Assembly: GCA_001917135.1 (NCBI GenBank)
Contig: MNTT01000008.1
Coordinates: 6,216-70,215 of the forward strand
Direction of reading: 5' to 3'
DNA from: Acetobacter sp. 46_36
Lineage (GTDB): Bacteria > Pseudomonadota > Alphaproteobacteria > RF32 > CAG-239
Length of the DNA: 64,000 nt
Shown here: positions 54,294 through 63,915 of the stretch, piece by piece
How the letters are laid out: every line of letters starts with the position of its first letter
Position numbering within the stretch: the first letter of the stretch is position 1
Position numbers and translations under genes: made by a program
The notes under the pieces: generated by a model
What the model was told of the DNA's origin: nothing
The model's database searches: none
What the model saw: the letters and a program-made list of their open reading frames with translations, nothing else

Positions 54294-54977
54294 CTAATTC
54301 CGCTGCACGCTGTCTTCTTTCTGCAGCCTGAACTGATATAATGCGGCAATCGCAATATACGGCAGGAACATTTCTCCCGATTCTTCCACCAGCTGGCAAA
54401 GGGCATACGTTTCATCAGCCAGAGGAACGCCGCCGTGCGCTTTTTTCCAATTCGACGGAAAACGGTCAACGATCTTGGAGCAAACACCGACCGTGCACAA
54501 AACGGCAATCGACCACGTTACCGGATTAAGCTTGAAAAACGAACCTACCAGATGCTTGGAATATTTAACCGCCAGATATGCAACCGCTCCGGCAACAACC
54601 AGCAAGACCAATCCGAAAATAATCTTTTCGCTCAACGGATTATTCGGATTAAGAAAAAATCTCGATTTAAACGGAGTCGTATCCGTTCTGGACAGATGGT
54701 GCTGTATCCCTTCCTCACGCAACAGAGCACAAATTGCCAAAAACAAAAGAATACCCCATGTTCTAATCCTGTCCTTGTAATCATCACAAACAACAAGCAA
54801 CATTCCGATAAGCAAAACATATCCTATATGGGTAATATTCTCAATCAGTTCCCCTTCAACCGTTACTTTCAGCACATTTTCGGGAAATCCATAATAAACA
54901 GTACCCATAAAAGACAACCACAAAATCAAAAAAGCCGCAGGTACAAAAAACGGCGACATAAATATCTTTTTCATCAA
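54294..54977 (-). CDS. hypothetical integral membrane protein (227 aa, about 6-7 TM)
   Basis: Hydrophobic segments run throughout. No motif recognised. Confidence 0.55.
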   Translation of the reverse strand: MMKKIFMSPFFVPAAFLILWLSFMGTVYYGFPENVLKVTVEGELIENITHIGYVLLIGMLLVVCDDYKDRIRTWGILLFLAICALLREEGIQHHLSRTDTTPFKSRFFLNPNNPLSEKIIFGLVLLVVAGAVAYLAVKYSKHLVGSFFKLNPVTWSIAVLCTVGVCSKIVDRFPSNWKKAHGGVPLADETYALCQLVEESGEMFLPYIAIAALYQFRLQKEDSVQRN

Positions 54978-55230
54978 AAAAGTCCTTCAATTCATTAAAA
55001 TTGCATAAAGTATAGATACCTTGCCGTTCCCTCGCAACAAAAACAAAAAATTCCTAACAACAAAACCGTATGCTACAGAATGTTTATTTCTTTCAAACCG
55101 CAAGTTTCCGCGCTTTAAAGCCGTTCCTTAATGATATCCGATAAATGTCGCCAAAACGTTTCGCCTTTTGCAACCGCAAACATTCAACAACGAACCTGCG
55201 CAACAGATAAAATCCCTCCCACATTTTTCA

Positions 55231-55815
55231 TCATTCCCAAACAATTGTTGCGCCTTTTTCCAAAATCCCCGCAATTCGCTTCAAAACACTCTGCTCCACA
55301 AAGTCGCCTTTGCGAACCCAAACTGCGCTTTTAACATTGTCCAAAACATAAAAAGGCGATATCCGCCGATACCATTTCAGCATCACCGCCACGCTGTCCG
55401 CAATGCTGATTTTTTCTCCCGGCAAATCAGCTGTTTCACCCTCATATACGCAATCGACGACAATCTGCGGTTTCAGCTTCTCCTTTCCCGTCATAAACAA
55501 ATAATATACTGCGGCTCCGCCGGCAACGTAAATGTCAGTTTCTTCCTCGGCCAGCGCCTTTTGCCCGCTGATAACGCGGTGCGCCGCCAAATCCGAAACT
55601 TCATATTCCGGATTAGAGGTCAGCACCAGCATTTTACAGCCGTCAATTGTCCGCCCGGGAAAACTTTCGTACGTTATCCTGCCGCAAACGACGGTCTGCC
55701 CGGACACGACATCAAGAAAATGTTTCGTATCGCTGGGAACATTCCACGGTATATTATCGCCAATGCCGATTAAATCGTCCCCGGCATGCCGGCACCACAT
55801 CGCTACCACCGTCAT
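55231..55815 (-). CDS. folA: dihydrofolate reductase-like protein
   Basis: IGIGDNIPWNVPSDTKHF...VVCGRITYESFPGR...VLTS...IYVAGGAAVY follows the DHFR motif order. Has a longer than usual C-terminus. The start overlaps the rnhB stop (ATGA). Confidence 0.7.
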   Translation of the reverse strand: MTVVAMWCRHAGDDLIGIGDNIPWNVPSDTKHFLDVVSGQTVVCGRITYESFPGRTIDGCKMLVLTSNPEYEVSDLAAHRVISGQKALAEEETDIYVAGGAAVYYLFMTGKEKLKPQIVVDCVYEGETADLPGEKISIADSVAVMLKWYRRISPFYVLDNVKSAVWVRKGDFVEQSVLKRIAGILEKGATIVWE

Positions 55816-56432
55816 TTCAAAAACTCCTTTACCGGCGCATAAGATCTCCGGTGTTCGGGCGTAACGCCAAACCGTTTCAATCCCTCAATATGCGCTTTCG
55901 TACCGTAACCGGCATTTTTCTCAAAGCCGTATCCCGGATACTGCGTTGCCATCTGTTCCATCAGCCGGTCGCGATAAACTTTGGCTAAAATGGAAGCCGC
56001 GGCAATAGAATAAGACTTCGCGTCCCCTTTTACCACCGCCCGCACCGCACAGCCAAAATCTTTCGGCGTTCTGTTCCCGTCAACCAGCACCATATCCGCA
56101 GCAATATCGGCCGCCGCCATTGCCCGTTTCATTGCCAGAAACGACGCATTTAAGATATTGATTTCATCAATTTCCCGTGCCGAGGCCTGCCCGATTCCCA
56201 GCCGCACCGTTCCCTTTTTTGCTTCTTCTTGCAGCAGGCTATACAACATTTCTCTTTTCTTTTTGGAAAGCTTTTTGGAGTCATTCAGATTTTCTAACAG
56301 CCGGATGTCAACTTTCCGGTTCAAAAAAACAGCACACCCGGCAACCACCGGTCCGACCCACGGGCCGCGCCCGGCTTCATCAACGCCGGCAACAACCCCG
56401 CCGGTCTCATCTTCAAGTAAAAAATCAGGCAT
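55812..56432 (-). CDS. rnhB: ribonuclease HII
   Basis: ATG 56432 has an AAGGAGAGG RBS. GVDEAGRGPWVGPVV and DSKKLS motifs. The longer track ORF (GTG 56546) runs into the tandem repeats. Confidence 0.92.
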   Translation of the reverse strand: MPDFLLEDETGGVVAGVDEAGRGPWVGPVVAGCAVFLNRKVDIRLLENLNDSKKLSKKKREMLYSLLQEEAKKGTVRLGIGQASAREIDEINILNASFLAMKRAMAAADIAADMVLVDGNRTPKDFGCAVRAVVKGDAKSYSIAAASILAKVYRDRLMEQMATQYPGYGFEKNAGYGTKAHIEGLKRFGVTPEHRRSYAPVKEFLK

Positions 56433-56439
56433 ACCGCCT

Positions 56440-56775
56440 CTCCTTCGTCCGAAACGATATCCTATCCAACACCCCCGCTTCGTTCTCGCCAAAAACGGCA
56501 GCTTGCCGACATATCGCTTTCCCTTTGTCCAAACGACACCTCTCACAACCCCATTTCACTCTCGCCTGAAACGGCAGCTTGCCGACATATCGCTTTCCCT
56601 TTGTCCAAACGATATCCCTCACAACACCGTTTCGTTCTCGCCAAAAACGGCGGTTTGCCGGCATATCGCTTTCCCTTTGTCCAAACGACATCCCACACAA
56701 CACCGTTTCGCTCTCGTCAGAAACGGTATTATGCCGGTATATCGCTCCTTATAACCAAAACGATAATACCCTATT
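56440..56775. repeat. 4.5 x 76-77 bp tandem repeat seeded by the rnhB RBS/start region
   Basis: Units start at 56440, 56517, 56593, 56669 and 56745. On the minus strand each unit reads ggatatcgttt(c)ggac(a/g)aagg(g)a(a/g)ag.cg(a/g)tATGcc, a copy of the rnhB Shine-Dalgarno plus ATG. Confidence 0.92.
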
Positions 56776-56797
56776 GCCTTTATAACTCAACAATTTT

Positions 56798-57109
56798 TTA
56801 ATTTTTAAGCACTCTTACGCCCTCATACTCTGCTTCGATTATACCGCCGACGACAACTGCGACATTCGGATAACCCGCCTCTTCAAACTTCTCGGCAACC
56901 TCCGAAGCAACGCCGCCCGACGTACAGAGAATATTAACCAGCTTGTCGCCGCCGGGATTATATTCCGCCATAAACTTGTCCGGATCTACTTTATCCGCTT
57001 TTATGACAATATGCGGCAAAGCCAAACGCTCATGCGCATATTCGTCCGCCCCGCGCACATCAAGAATAATCGAATCTTTGTCCAGGCTTTCCGGTTTTAC
57101 AAAACGCAT
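56798..57109 (-). CDS. single-domain rhodanese-like sulfurtransferase
   Basis: 103 aa. ILDVRGADEY and the active-site loop ILCTSGGVAS. Confidence 0.75.
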   Translation of the reverse strand: MRFVKPESLDKDSIILDVRGADEYAHERLALPHIVIKADKVDPDKFMAEYNPGGDKLVNILCTSGGVASEVAEKFEEAGYPNVAVVVGGIIEAEYEGVRVLKN

Positions 57110-57180
57110 CGGCTCCTCCTTCTTTGTCTTCCATAAACATAAGCCTGTTATGTAGCGGTTAAACCTCTATTTTAGTTTAA

Positions 57181-57210
57181 AAAGCAAAAACGGCTGCAAT
57201 TGCAGCCGTC
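57181..57210 (-). terminator. intrinsic terminator after the lipoprotein gene
   Basis: The palindrome acggctgcaattgcagccgt is followed on the minus strand by tttttgcttt. Confidence 0.75.
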
Positions 57211-57235
57211 TCCCTCTCTCATATTTTCCGCCGTT

Positions 57236-57368
57236 CCTCACAAGCGCCCCTTCCGGTACATTCCGTTCCCGGAAACGCGCCCTCTGCCAAAAGCCGCCCT
57301 TTTCTCAAAGCGCTGACTTTTATCCAGACGCCGGCTTTTGCCTACACGCAGCCCTTTTGCCTAAAGCG
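57236..57368. repeat. ~17-20 bp degenerate repeats echoing the lipoprotein gene stop region
   Basis: The gene end, cctaaagcgcc, is echoed downstream by ctcaaagcgct, ccaaaagccgcc, ggaaacgcgcc and cacaagcgccc. Confidence 0.55.
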
Positions 57369-58140
57369 CCAGAACTTTATACTCGATTCCGCTCTCGTCA
57401 GCACCGAGAACTTCGATTTTTATCGTGCCGATGTTTACGTTTTTGTCATACATCGGAAATTTATACGTTTTGTTTTCTTCCAAAGGCATACCGTTATTCG
57501 GCACTACCGTTTTATATTTAAAGACCATCTTGTAGTCTTCAATGCCTGCATAACGGACTTCAAAGCTTGAAAGCATATCTTCCTCGCCCGAGCGGCTCTT
57601 AAGCTCGTTTTGGAATTTCAAATCTTCCGGCTCCAGCTGAAAAGCAGTTTCCAGCAAAGCCAGCCGGTCATTGTAAATTCTTCCTACGCGCGGATAAATG
57701 TTTCCGTTTCCGTCCAACAGAACGATATCGCCAAAGCGATTCGGTTCGACCATCCGGTAAATATGCTCGTTAATTTCAACCTCACCGATGATTTTATATA
57801 CCTGCTCGTCCGAAAACTGTACCGGAACCGTATAGGAAACCAGCGCCCCTTTCTTCGTCGGCCGAACAATCTCATCGGAATAAACTTCCTTTTCAAACAC
57901 TTTGGAAGAAACGACGATTCCGCCCGGAACGGCATGGCGTACCACGCCTGCTTCATAATCGCTGACGGTTTCTGTTTCCTTCTCTACGCTGGAAAACTCG
58001 TCCGTATCGTAATAGCGGATATTGTAAGTATAGAAAAAATCATTAAACGTATTGCGTTTCCCGAGAGTATAGTCGCCTTTCATATAGTATGAACACGAAG
58101 CTACTGCCAATGCTGCCAGACCGATAAATATTTTTTTCAT
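57361..58140 (-). CDS. hypothetical lipoprotein
   Basis: ATG 58140. The lipobox in MKKIFIGLAALAVASC places the Cys at the cleavage site. Followed by a terminator at 57181..57210. Confidence 0.65.
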   Translation of the reverse strand: MKKIFIGLAALAVASCSYYMKGDYTLGKRNTFNDFFYTYNIRYYDTDEFSSVEKETETVSDYEAGVVRHAVPGGIVVSSKVFEKEVYSDEIVRPTKKGALVSYTVPVQFSDEQVYKIIGEVEINEHIYRMVEPNRFGDIVLLDGNGNIYPRVGRIYNDRLALLETAFQLEPEDLKFQNELKSRSGEEDMLSSFEVRYAGIEDYKMVFKYKTVVPNNGMPLEENKTYKFPMYDKNVNIGTIKIEVLGADESGIEYKVLAL

Positions 58141-58231
58141 AATATAATCTCTTGTTAACGTTTTCCTCACTAATATTTATGCATCTTGAAATACAACTTG
58201 TAAACAAAAAAAATATTTTTGAGGCAAACCT

Positions 58232-59104
58232 ATGCATAACCCTGGCAAAAGCTGCAAACTGATAAAATTCTCCCCTCTAGCGTCCCTCCCCGAAGCCGAA
58301 GCGGAATTTCTGGAAGAAACCTTTGACGTCGTTGCCGTCAATTATACCGACGACGGTCTTGAAGAATACGTCGGCTACGCGCCGCTGGATTTCGATGCCG
58401 AAGATTTCCGCCGCCGGGTTGCCGCACGCGGCCTGAAATTGCCGCCGTTTTGCGAAGAAACGCTGGAAAGCAAAAACTGGCTGAAAGAAAACGTCATAAA
58501 ATTTGCCCCGTTTGAAATCGGTGCGTTTATGGTTTACGGCATTCATGAAGCAGCCTGCCCGCCCACAGAAAAAATTCCGGTGCAGGTCTATGCCGCCACC
58601 GCTTTCGGGTCCGAACACCAGACGACAAAAATGTGCCTGTCGCTCATCAGCCGGCTGTATGAGGACTTTCCCACACCCCAAAAAATTCTCGATATGGGAA
58701 CCGGCTCCGGCATTCTTTCCGTTGCCGCTGCCAAAATCTGGCATCAGACGCCGCAGATTATTGCCGCCGATATTGACGCTGAGGCAGTCGATGTCGCCGC
58801 CAGCAATGCCGTAACTAACGGTGTGGAAAAAAACATCGCCGCAATCTTAAGCGACGGATATGCCAACCCGGCCATTGCCGCCGCCGCACCGTACGACCTG
58901 ATTTTTGCCAACATCCTCGCCAACCCGCTGCGGGAAATGTCTGCCGCGGCATACGCAAATCTCCGCCCCGGCGGCTGTTACTTAATTTCGGGATTTATTG
59001 ACAATCAGGAAAACGATATTATAGAACATCATCTGCAGACCGGTTTCAAATTGCTGCAAACCTGCCGGATAGAAAACTGGCGCGCCGCCCTCCTGCAAAA
59101 ATAA
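58232..59104 (+). CDS. prmA: ribosomal protein L11 methyltransferase
   Basis: LDMGTGSGILSVAAAK SAM motif, ANILANPL, and PrmA-like length and architecture. Confidence 0.85.
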   Translation: MHNPGKSCKLIKFSPLASLPEAEAEFLEETFDVVAVNYTDDGLEEYVGYAPLDFDAEDFRRRVAARGLKLPPFCEETLESKNWLKENVIKFAPFEIGAFMVYGIHEAACPPTEKIPVQVYAATAFGSEHQTTKMCLSLISRLYEDFPTPQKILDMGTGSGILSVAAAKIWHQTPQIIAADIDAEAVDVAASNAVTNGVEKNIAAILSDGYANPAIAAAAPYDLIFANILANPLREMSAAAYANLRPGGCYLISGFIDNQENDIIEHHLQTGFKLLQTCRIENWRAALLQK

Positions 59105-59184
59105 CATCGGCAAATCGGCGGTTTCTCCGCTGCAGAAACACCCGCTCGGAGCATCCGCCACCCCTAACTAACGGAGTTAATGCA

Positions 59185-60861
59185 ATGGACATTAAAAGCA
59201 TTCAAAAAGAACTGAAAGCGCAAAAACTCTCCGGAAGGATATTTACGCTCGGCAACCTGTTTATCGGCGAAGACATTCTTCCCGAAGAAAACCGGATATG
59301 CGAATTGACCGGCTTCACCGGTTCCTACGCTCTTCTGTTTGTAACGCCTGCCAAAGCATACCTGTTTGTTGACGGACGCTACGAACTCCAAGCCAAAAAG
59401 GAAGTAAATCTCCGCCGGATTGAAATCGTTAAGCTGTCAGAAATAAGCTTTTGTTCATGGCTGAAAAACAATTTCGCCAAGTCCTCCGCCCGCATTGCCT
59501 ACAACCCTTGGATAATCAGCCTGAGCACGCTCAACGGGCTGAAGAAGCTGCTGCCCGCCGCCGAATTTATCCCTGCCGCCAATGCCGGCAGGCTGTTAAG
59601 CCCCAAGCCGGTAAAAGTCTTCACGCATCAGAAAAAATTTACCGGACAGGTTTCCAAAGACAAACTGGCGCAATTCGCCGCCCATATCAAAAAATGCGGG
59701 CTTGACGCTTTTCTCGTTACTTCGGCCGCCAGTACATCATGGCTGTTAAACCTGCGCTCCAACGCTTTACCGTACACGCCGGTTTTTCGCGCCTATGTTC
59801 TGGTTGAAAAGAACGGTGCATACAAAGTCTTTGCCGAAAATACCGACTACGAAACCGCGCTGCCGTTCGCAAAGCTTGCCGAAATTCTGCCCCGTTATGC
59901 CAAACTCGGCGCCGACTTCTGCTCAACGCCCGCCGCCATCGCCGGTTTTGCACCGCAGCTTGCCGACACGGCCGATGCCGTTGCCGCCATGAAAGCCGTC
60001 AAAAACCCGACAGAACTGAAAGGAATGCGCAATGCACATCTGCGCGACGGCGTTGCCCTGACCAAATTCCTGTTCTGGCTTTCCAAGAATTACAAAGGAA
60101 AAACCGAAACCGAGGTTGCCGAAAAACTGCTGGCATTCCGCAAAAAAGAACTGAATTTCTATTCAGAGAGTTTTGCCGCCATCGCCGGATTCGGCGCCAA
60201 CGCCGCCGTTGTCCATTATCACGCCGACGAAAAAAGCGCCGCAGTCCTCAAAAAAAACGCCGTCCTGCTTTTAGACAGCGGCGGACAGTATTATGACGGC
60301 ACCACCGACGTAACCCGCACCATCGCCCTTGGCGAACCGTCCGCGGATATGACAGAAAAAAACACCCTCGTCTTAAAAGCGCACATCGCCCTGGCCTCCG
60401 CCGTCTTTCCGCAGCAGACTTCCGGCAGCGAGCTGGATTTGATTGCCCGCCAGCCGCTGCTGAAACAGGGACTGGATTATGAACACGGCACCGGACATGG
60501 CGTCGGTTTCTTCTCCGACGTCCACGAAGGCCCGGCAAGAATTTCCGTCCACGCAAAAAACAGTGCGCCGCTCGCTGCCGGTATGGTAACGTCGATTGAA
60601 CCCGGATACTACAAGGAAAACGCTTTCGGTATCCGGATTGAAAACCTTTACACCGTCAAACCGGCCAAAAATCCGAAATATCTCCATTTTGAAGTTTTAA
60701 CCCTGGCTCCTATTGATAAAAAGCTGATTAACAAATATATGTTGACGACGGAAGAACTGACGTGGCTCAACCGCTATCACCGCCAGGTTTTCCTGAGCCT
60801 GAAGAAATATCTGACGCGCCAGGAACTGGAATGGCTGCGCGAAGCCTGCGCCCCGCTCTGA
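59185..60861 (+). CDS. pepP: M24-family Xaa-Pro aminopeptidase (aminopeptidase P)
   Basis: Creatinase-like N-domains plus the pita-bread core HGTGHGVGFFSDVHEGP, SIEPGYY and IRIEN. Confidence 0.85.
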   Translation: MDIKSIQKELKAQKLSGRIFTLGNLFIGEDILPEENRICELTGFTGSYALLFVTPAKAYLFVDGRYELQAKKEVNLRRIEIVKLSEISFCSWLKNNFAKSSARIAYNPWIISLSTLNGLKKLLPAAEFIPAANAGRLLSPKPVKVFTHQKKFTGQVSKDKLAQFAAHIKKCGLDAFLVTSAASTSWLLNLRSNALPYTPVFRAYVLVEKNGAYKVFAENTDYETALPFAKLAEILPRYAKLGADFCSTPAAIAGFAPQLADTADAVAAMKAVKNPTELKGMRNAHLRDGVALTKFLFWLSKNYKGKTETEVAEKLLAFRKKELNFYSESFAAIAGFGANAAVVHYHADEKSAAVLKKNAVLLLDSGGQYYDGTTDVTRTIALGEPSADMTEKNTLVLKAHIALASAVFPQQTSGSELDLIARQPLLKQGLDYEHGTGHGVGFFSDVHEGPARISVHAKNSAPLAAGMVTSIEPGYYKENAFGIRIENLYTVKPAKNPKYLHFEVLTLAPIDKKLINKYMLTTEELTWLNRYHRQVFLSLKKYLTRQELEWLREACAPL

Positions 60862-61021
60862 TACGACGGCGCCGTCCCTGTTCGGGCATAAGCGCGCACT
60901 CCCCCTGCACAGATACAGCCGCACGCCCTGCTCTGATACGAAGCCGCAAAACCGCATCCAATCTTGATTCGCGCCGCCCATTGACCGTTTACTCCCGTCC
61001 CTGTTTACACAAGAGGTAAAT

Positions 61022-61552
61022 ATGCATCTGACCGCCGGATTGTACATCATCCTGTTTTCTTTATCGGCATTAACGGCCGCCTCCCGTCCTGCTGCCGGAA
61101 GCCCCGGTTTCCCCCCATCCCCGCTTGCCGCTGTTTTTCCTGCCGGAAACTCCGGCACTGCCCCGTTCCCGGCCGACACTGCCCCGGACCTGCAAAACCT
61201 CTACCAAAACCCGGAAGGAAAAAGACTTCCCGAGGCAATCATTTTTTATAATTCGGCCAATCCCTGTTTTGGCTGCCAACAAGCCATAAACATGGCCGTC
61301 CGTGTCCTCAGAAAAAATTATCGCGGCCGGATGCACGCCTACCTTATAGATGCAGCCAAACACCCCGAATTCATCAGTACCTTCAAACTGCGCGGGCCGC
61401 TCAACCTTGTCCTCGTCCGCATCTCTGACGGCGCCTCATTCGGATATGCAAAAATAAGCGGTCTGCAAAGCGAAACCGGCGATGCAGATGCTTTCACCGC
61501 CCTCATAACGGAAAAAATCGGCAATTTTTTAAACCTCCTGCCGGAAAATTAG
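61022..61552 (+). CDS. secreted thioredoxin-fold-like protein (CxxC), tentative
   Basis: Signal-like N-terminus and a Pro/Ala-rich linker, then IIFYNSANPCFGCQQ (CFGC). AAGAGG RBS. Fold assignment is weak. Confidence 0.45.
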   Translation: MHLTAGLYIILFSLSALTAASRPAAGSPGFPPSPLAAVFPAGNSGTAPFPADTAPDLQNLYQNPEGKRLPEAIIFYNSANPCFGCQQAINMAVRVLRKNYRGRMHAYLIDAAKHPEFISTFKLRGPLNLVLVRISDGASFGYAKISGLQSETGDADAFTALITEKIGNFLNLLPEN

Positions 61553-61644
61553 GAATTTGCTAAGTATCTGTCTTATATGCTGACAAATATATTTACACCG
61601 TACCGCTTTTTATGCTATACTCATAAAAAAGCAAGGAGAGAGTT

Positions 61645-62283
61645 ATGAATAAAATTCTAAACTGGTTTAAATTCTGGGAAACAAAAGAACAGCCGTATGT
61701 CAAACCGCAGAAATTCGTGGATTTGAAACGGACAAACTCTATTGTCAGCTTTATTCATCCGGGGCACCCCCTGTATGACAACATCGCTGCCAAAGAAGAA
61801 AACCGGCTCCGCATTCTGGCTCCGAACGAAACCGCTTACAGCGAAAACAGCCTGACGCACAATTTTGCGGCCATCGTCATATACAACGGCCTAAACTATC
61901 TTATCATCAATTCGCTTAAACATTTTAAGGAACAAAGCATCGGCGGCCTGCTCCAGTTTGATGAAAACATCTATAACGTCATTCCTTTTTTTGAAGACGA
62001 AGAAGAATACCAAACTGCCAGCGACTACACTTTCCGCGAAACGTATGAATATGACCACCCCGTTGAAAGTTACGCTTTCCTTGCCGAACAAAACGGAAAA
62101 AGCGTCAAAATAACGCTTGACCATGGCAAAAAGCCGGTAAACGTCAAAATGATAGATGAAAAGCGCAGCCTTTTCACCGCCAAACTCACGGCAGAGCAGG
62201 TTGAACTTATCGATTATGTCGTCATGCCGGCATTAAATGCCTATACGGAAATCCTGAACAAACGCAAATCCCGCGCCTCATAG
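61645..62283 (+). CDS. hypothetical protein (212 aa)
   Basis: AAGGAGAG RBS. No motif recognised. Confidence 0.55.
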   Translation: MNKILNWFKFWETKEQPYVKPQKFVDLKRTNSIVSFIHPGHPLYDNIAAKEENRLRILAPNETAYSENSLTHNFAAIVIYNGLNYLIINSLKHFKEQSIGGLLQFDENIYNVIPFFEDEEEYQTASDYTFRETYEYDHPVESYAFLAEQNGKSVKITLDHGKKPVNVKMIDEKRSLFTAKLTAEQVELIDYVVMPALNAYTEILNKRKSRAS

Positions 62284-62490
62284 AACTCCGCAGCTGCTTT
62301 TCGCCGGCAGTCGCTGCCTGCAAAATTCCATCTCTCCGCAACGGCAGCCCCCGGATTTTATCCTTTCGCCTCCGTATCCCTAAGATGCCGCAGTCTGTTT
62401 TGAGGCTTCCTGTTGCAAAAAAATAAACGGCAGTTTTACACCTGCCGTTTATTTCACACCTGCCGTTTATCTGCATTCTCCGCCTGCGCA

Positions 62491-63510
62491 TCAGACCACA
62501 AACGGCACGCAAGTTCCGTTCGGAGCCTCAATGCGGTTTCCTTCCGGCGTTAAAAAGCTTCCGATTCCGCTGCGGGAAAAATGCAGCCACCCGTTTTCGA
62601 AAAAACGCACGATAATATGCTCGTTGCGTTCCGAGCTTCCGAACAAAATGCACGGAACATCCTGCTCCGTCTCATACAGCTGCAAATCAAACACATTTGT
62701 TTCCAAAATCGTGCCGTCAGCAGCTACAAGCTTCCATTCTGTTCCAAACTGCCGGAAAGACATGCCGTTTTTAAACATAATTATGTCCGAAAGGCCTTCG
62801 TCGCACAACTGCAAACGTTCATCGTACAAATCGATTTCTCCGCCGGAAAGCCTCTTCACCCAAAGACAGCCGGATTTATGCCATACCGGCCGAAAAGCCG
62901 CATCTGACAAAACAAATCCTCCGTTAGGAAGATAAAGGTATCGCCCCCGCCGCGTCAATTCAGCCTTTATATTGCCGAATACCGCGTCGCGGTGCTGCAA
63001 GACTGACATATCCCCGTCGCTCAAAGCAAAAACCAGGCTGCCCGTACCGCTGCCCTGATAAATCTTCAAGTCTTCGGTACATACCTTTGCAAAAATCTGC
63101 CAACGTTTGGAAAAAAGGCTGACAGAAATCTGTCGTTCAAAACACAGGCCCAAAATCTGGTAAACGTTCCACTCCTGTCCCTGCACGCGCAAAGCCAACC
63201 AACTGCTGCCGGCGATTTCAGCCTTGTCTGCCGTTGCAATAACAGTTCCCTGCGGCGTTTCAAACGTCCAATTCTGTCCCTTTCGCTTTTTTTTGAGAAC
63301 AAACCCGTTTTTAAAAACAAAAACATCGTCCAGAAAATCGTCCGCTTTGTGGCCAGAGTGGTCATAAAGCGTTACGCCGTTTTCCCCCAGCAGGGCAAAA
63401 CTACCGTCATCAAACCGACGCGCGCCGAAACAGACGCCGTAACTCTCCTGGCTTTCCCCGCGCACAACAACTCTGGGCGTTAGAAAACCTGTAACAAATT
63501 TTGGTTCCAT
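62491..63510 (-). CDS. hypothetical repeat protein (WG-repeat-like beta units)
   Basis: Recurrent units FKNGFVLKK..W.F.TPQGTVI, FKNGMSFRQFGTEWKLVAADGTILE and FENGWLHFS...LTPEGNRIE. ATG 63510 is chosen over the upstream hydrophobic extension. Confidence 0.5.
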   Translation of the reverse strand: MEPKFVTGFLTPRVVVRGESQESYGVCFGARRFDDGSFALLGENGVTLYDHSGHKADDFLDDVFVFKNGFVLKKKRKGQNWTFETPQGTVIATADKAEIAGSSWLALRVQGQEWNVYQILGLCFERQISVSLFSKRWQIFAKVCTEDLKIYQGSGTGSLVFALSDGDMSVLQHRDAVFGNIKAELTRRGRYLYLPNGGFVLSDAAFRPVWHKSGCLWVKRLSGGEIDLYDERLQLCDEGLSDIIMFKNGMSFRQFGTEWKLVAADGTILETNVFDLQLYETEQDVPCILFGSSERNEHIIVRFFENGWLHFSRSGIGSFLTPEGNRIEAPNGTCVPFVV

Positions 63511-63690
63511 ACAAATTGAATTTATGATAAATAATAAAAATAATTGTTTGCATACACACACTAAATTGACTGCATAATCTTATAAAATCCGCACCAGTAT
63601 AGAACAAAGTTCATGCTTGTCAAATGTTATCGTCCCTTTAAAAAAGCCATCGGAAAATTATATAATCCATACGACCAAAGGAGAAAACGC

Positions 63691-63915
63691 ATGGGAAAAA
63701 TCATAACCTATATCATCTATTTTCTGGTTGCCGTTGCCATTTATGTTCTGATAAGAGCAGCCTTTACCGGCAGCATTAATTCCAACACCACCATCGGCGA
63801 AGCCGCCACGGAAGTCAAAGACGGCAGCGTCCAAACTTTAAAGGAGATAAAAAATGATGCTTCTTCTGCTATTGACAATCTGAAAAACAAAGCCGAAACA
63901 CCCAAGCAGCCGTAA
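63691..63915 (+). CDS. small membrane protein (74 aa)
   Basis: ATG 63691 has an AAGGAGAA RBS. One TM segment (IITYIIYFLVAVAIYVLI). Confidence 0.5.
   Translation: MGKIITYIIYFLVAVAIYVLIRAAFTGSINSNTTIGEAATEVKDGSVQTLKEIKNDASSAIDNLKNKAETPKQP

Noticed and set aside
56433-56546. 38-codon N-terminal extension of rnhB (GTG 56546)
   Set aside because: The extension is made of repeat units. The conserved RNase HII N-terminus (..GVDEAGRGP) sits at the normal distance from ATG 56432, which has a strong AAGGAGAGG RBS.
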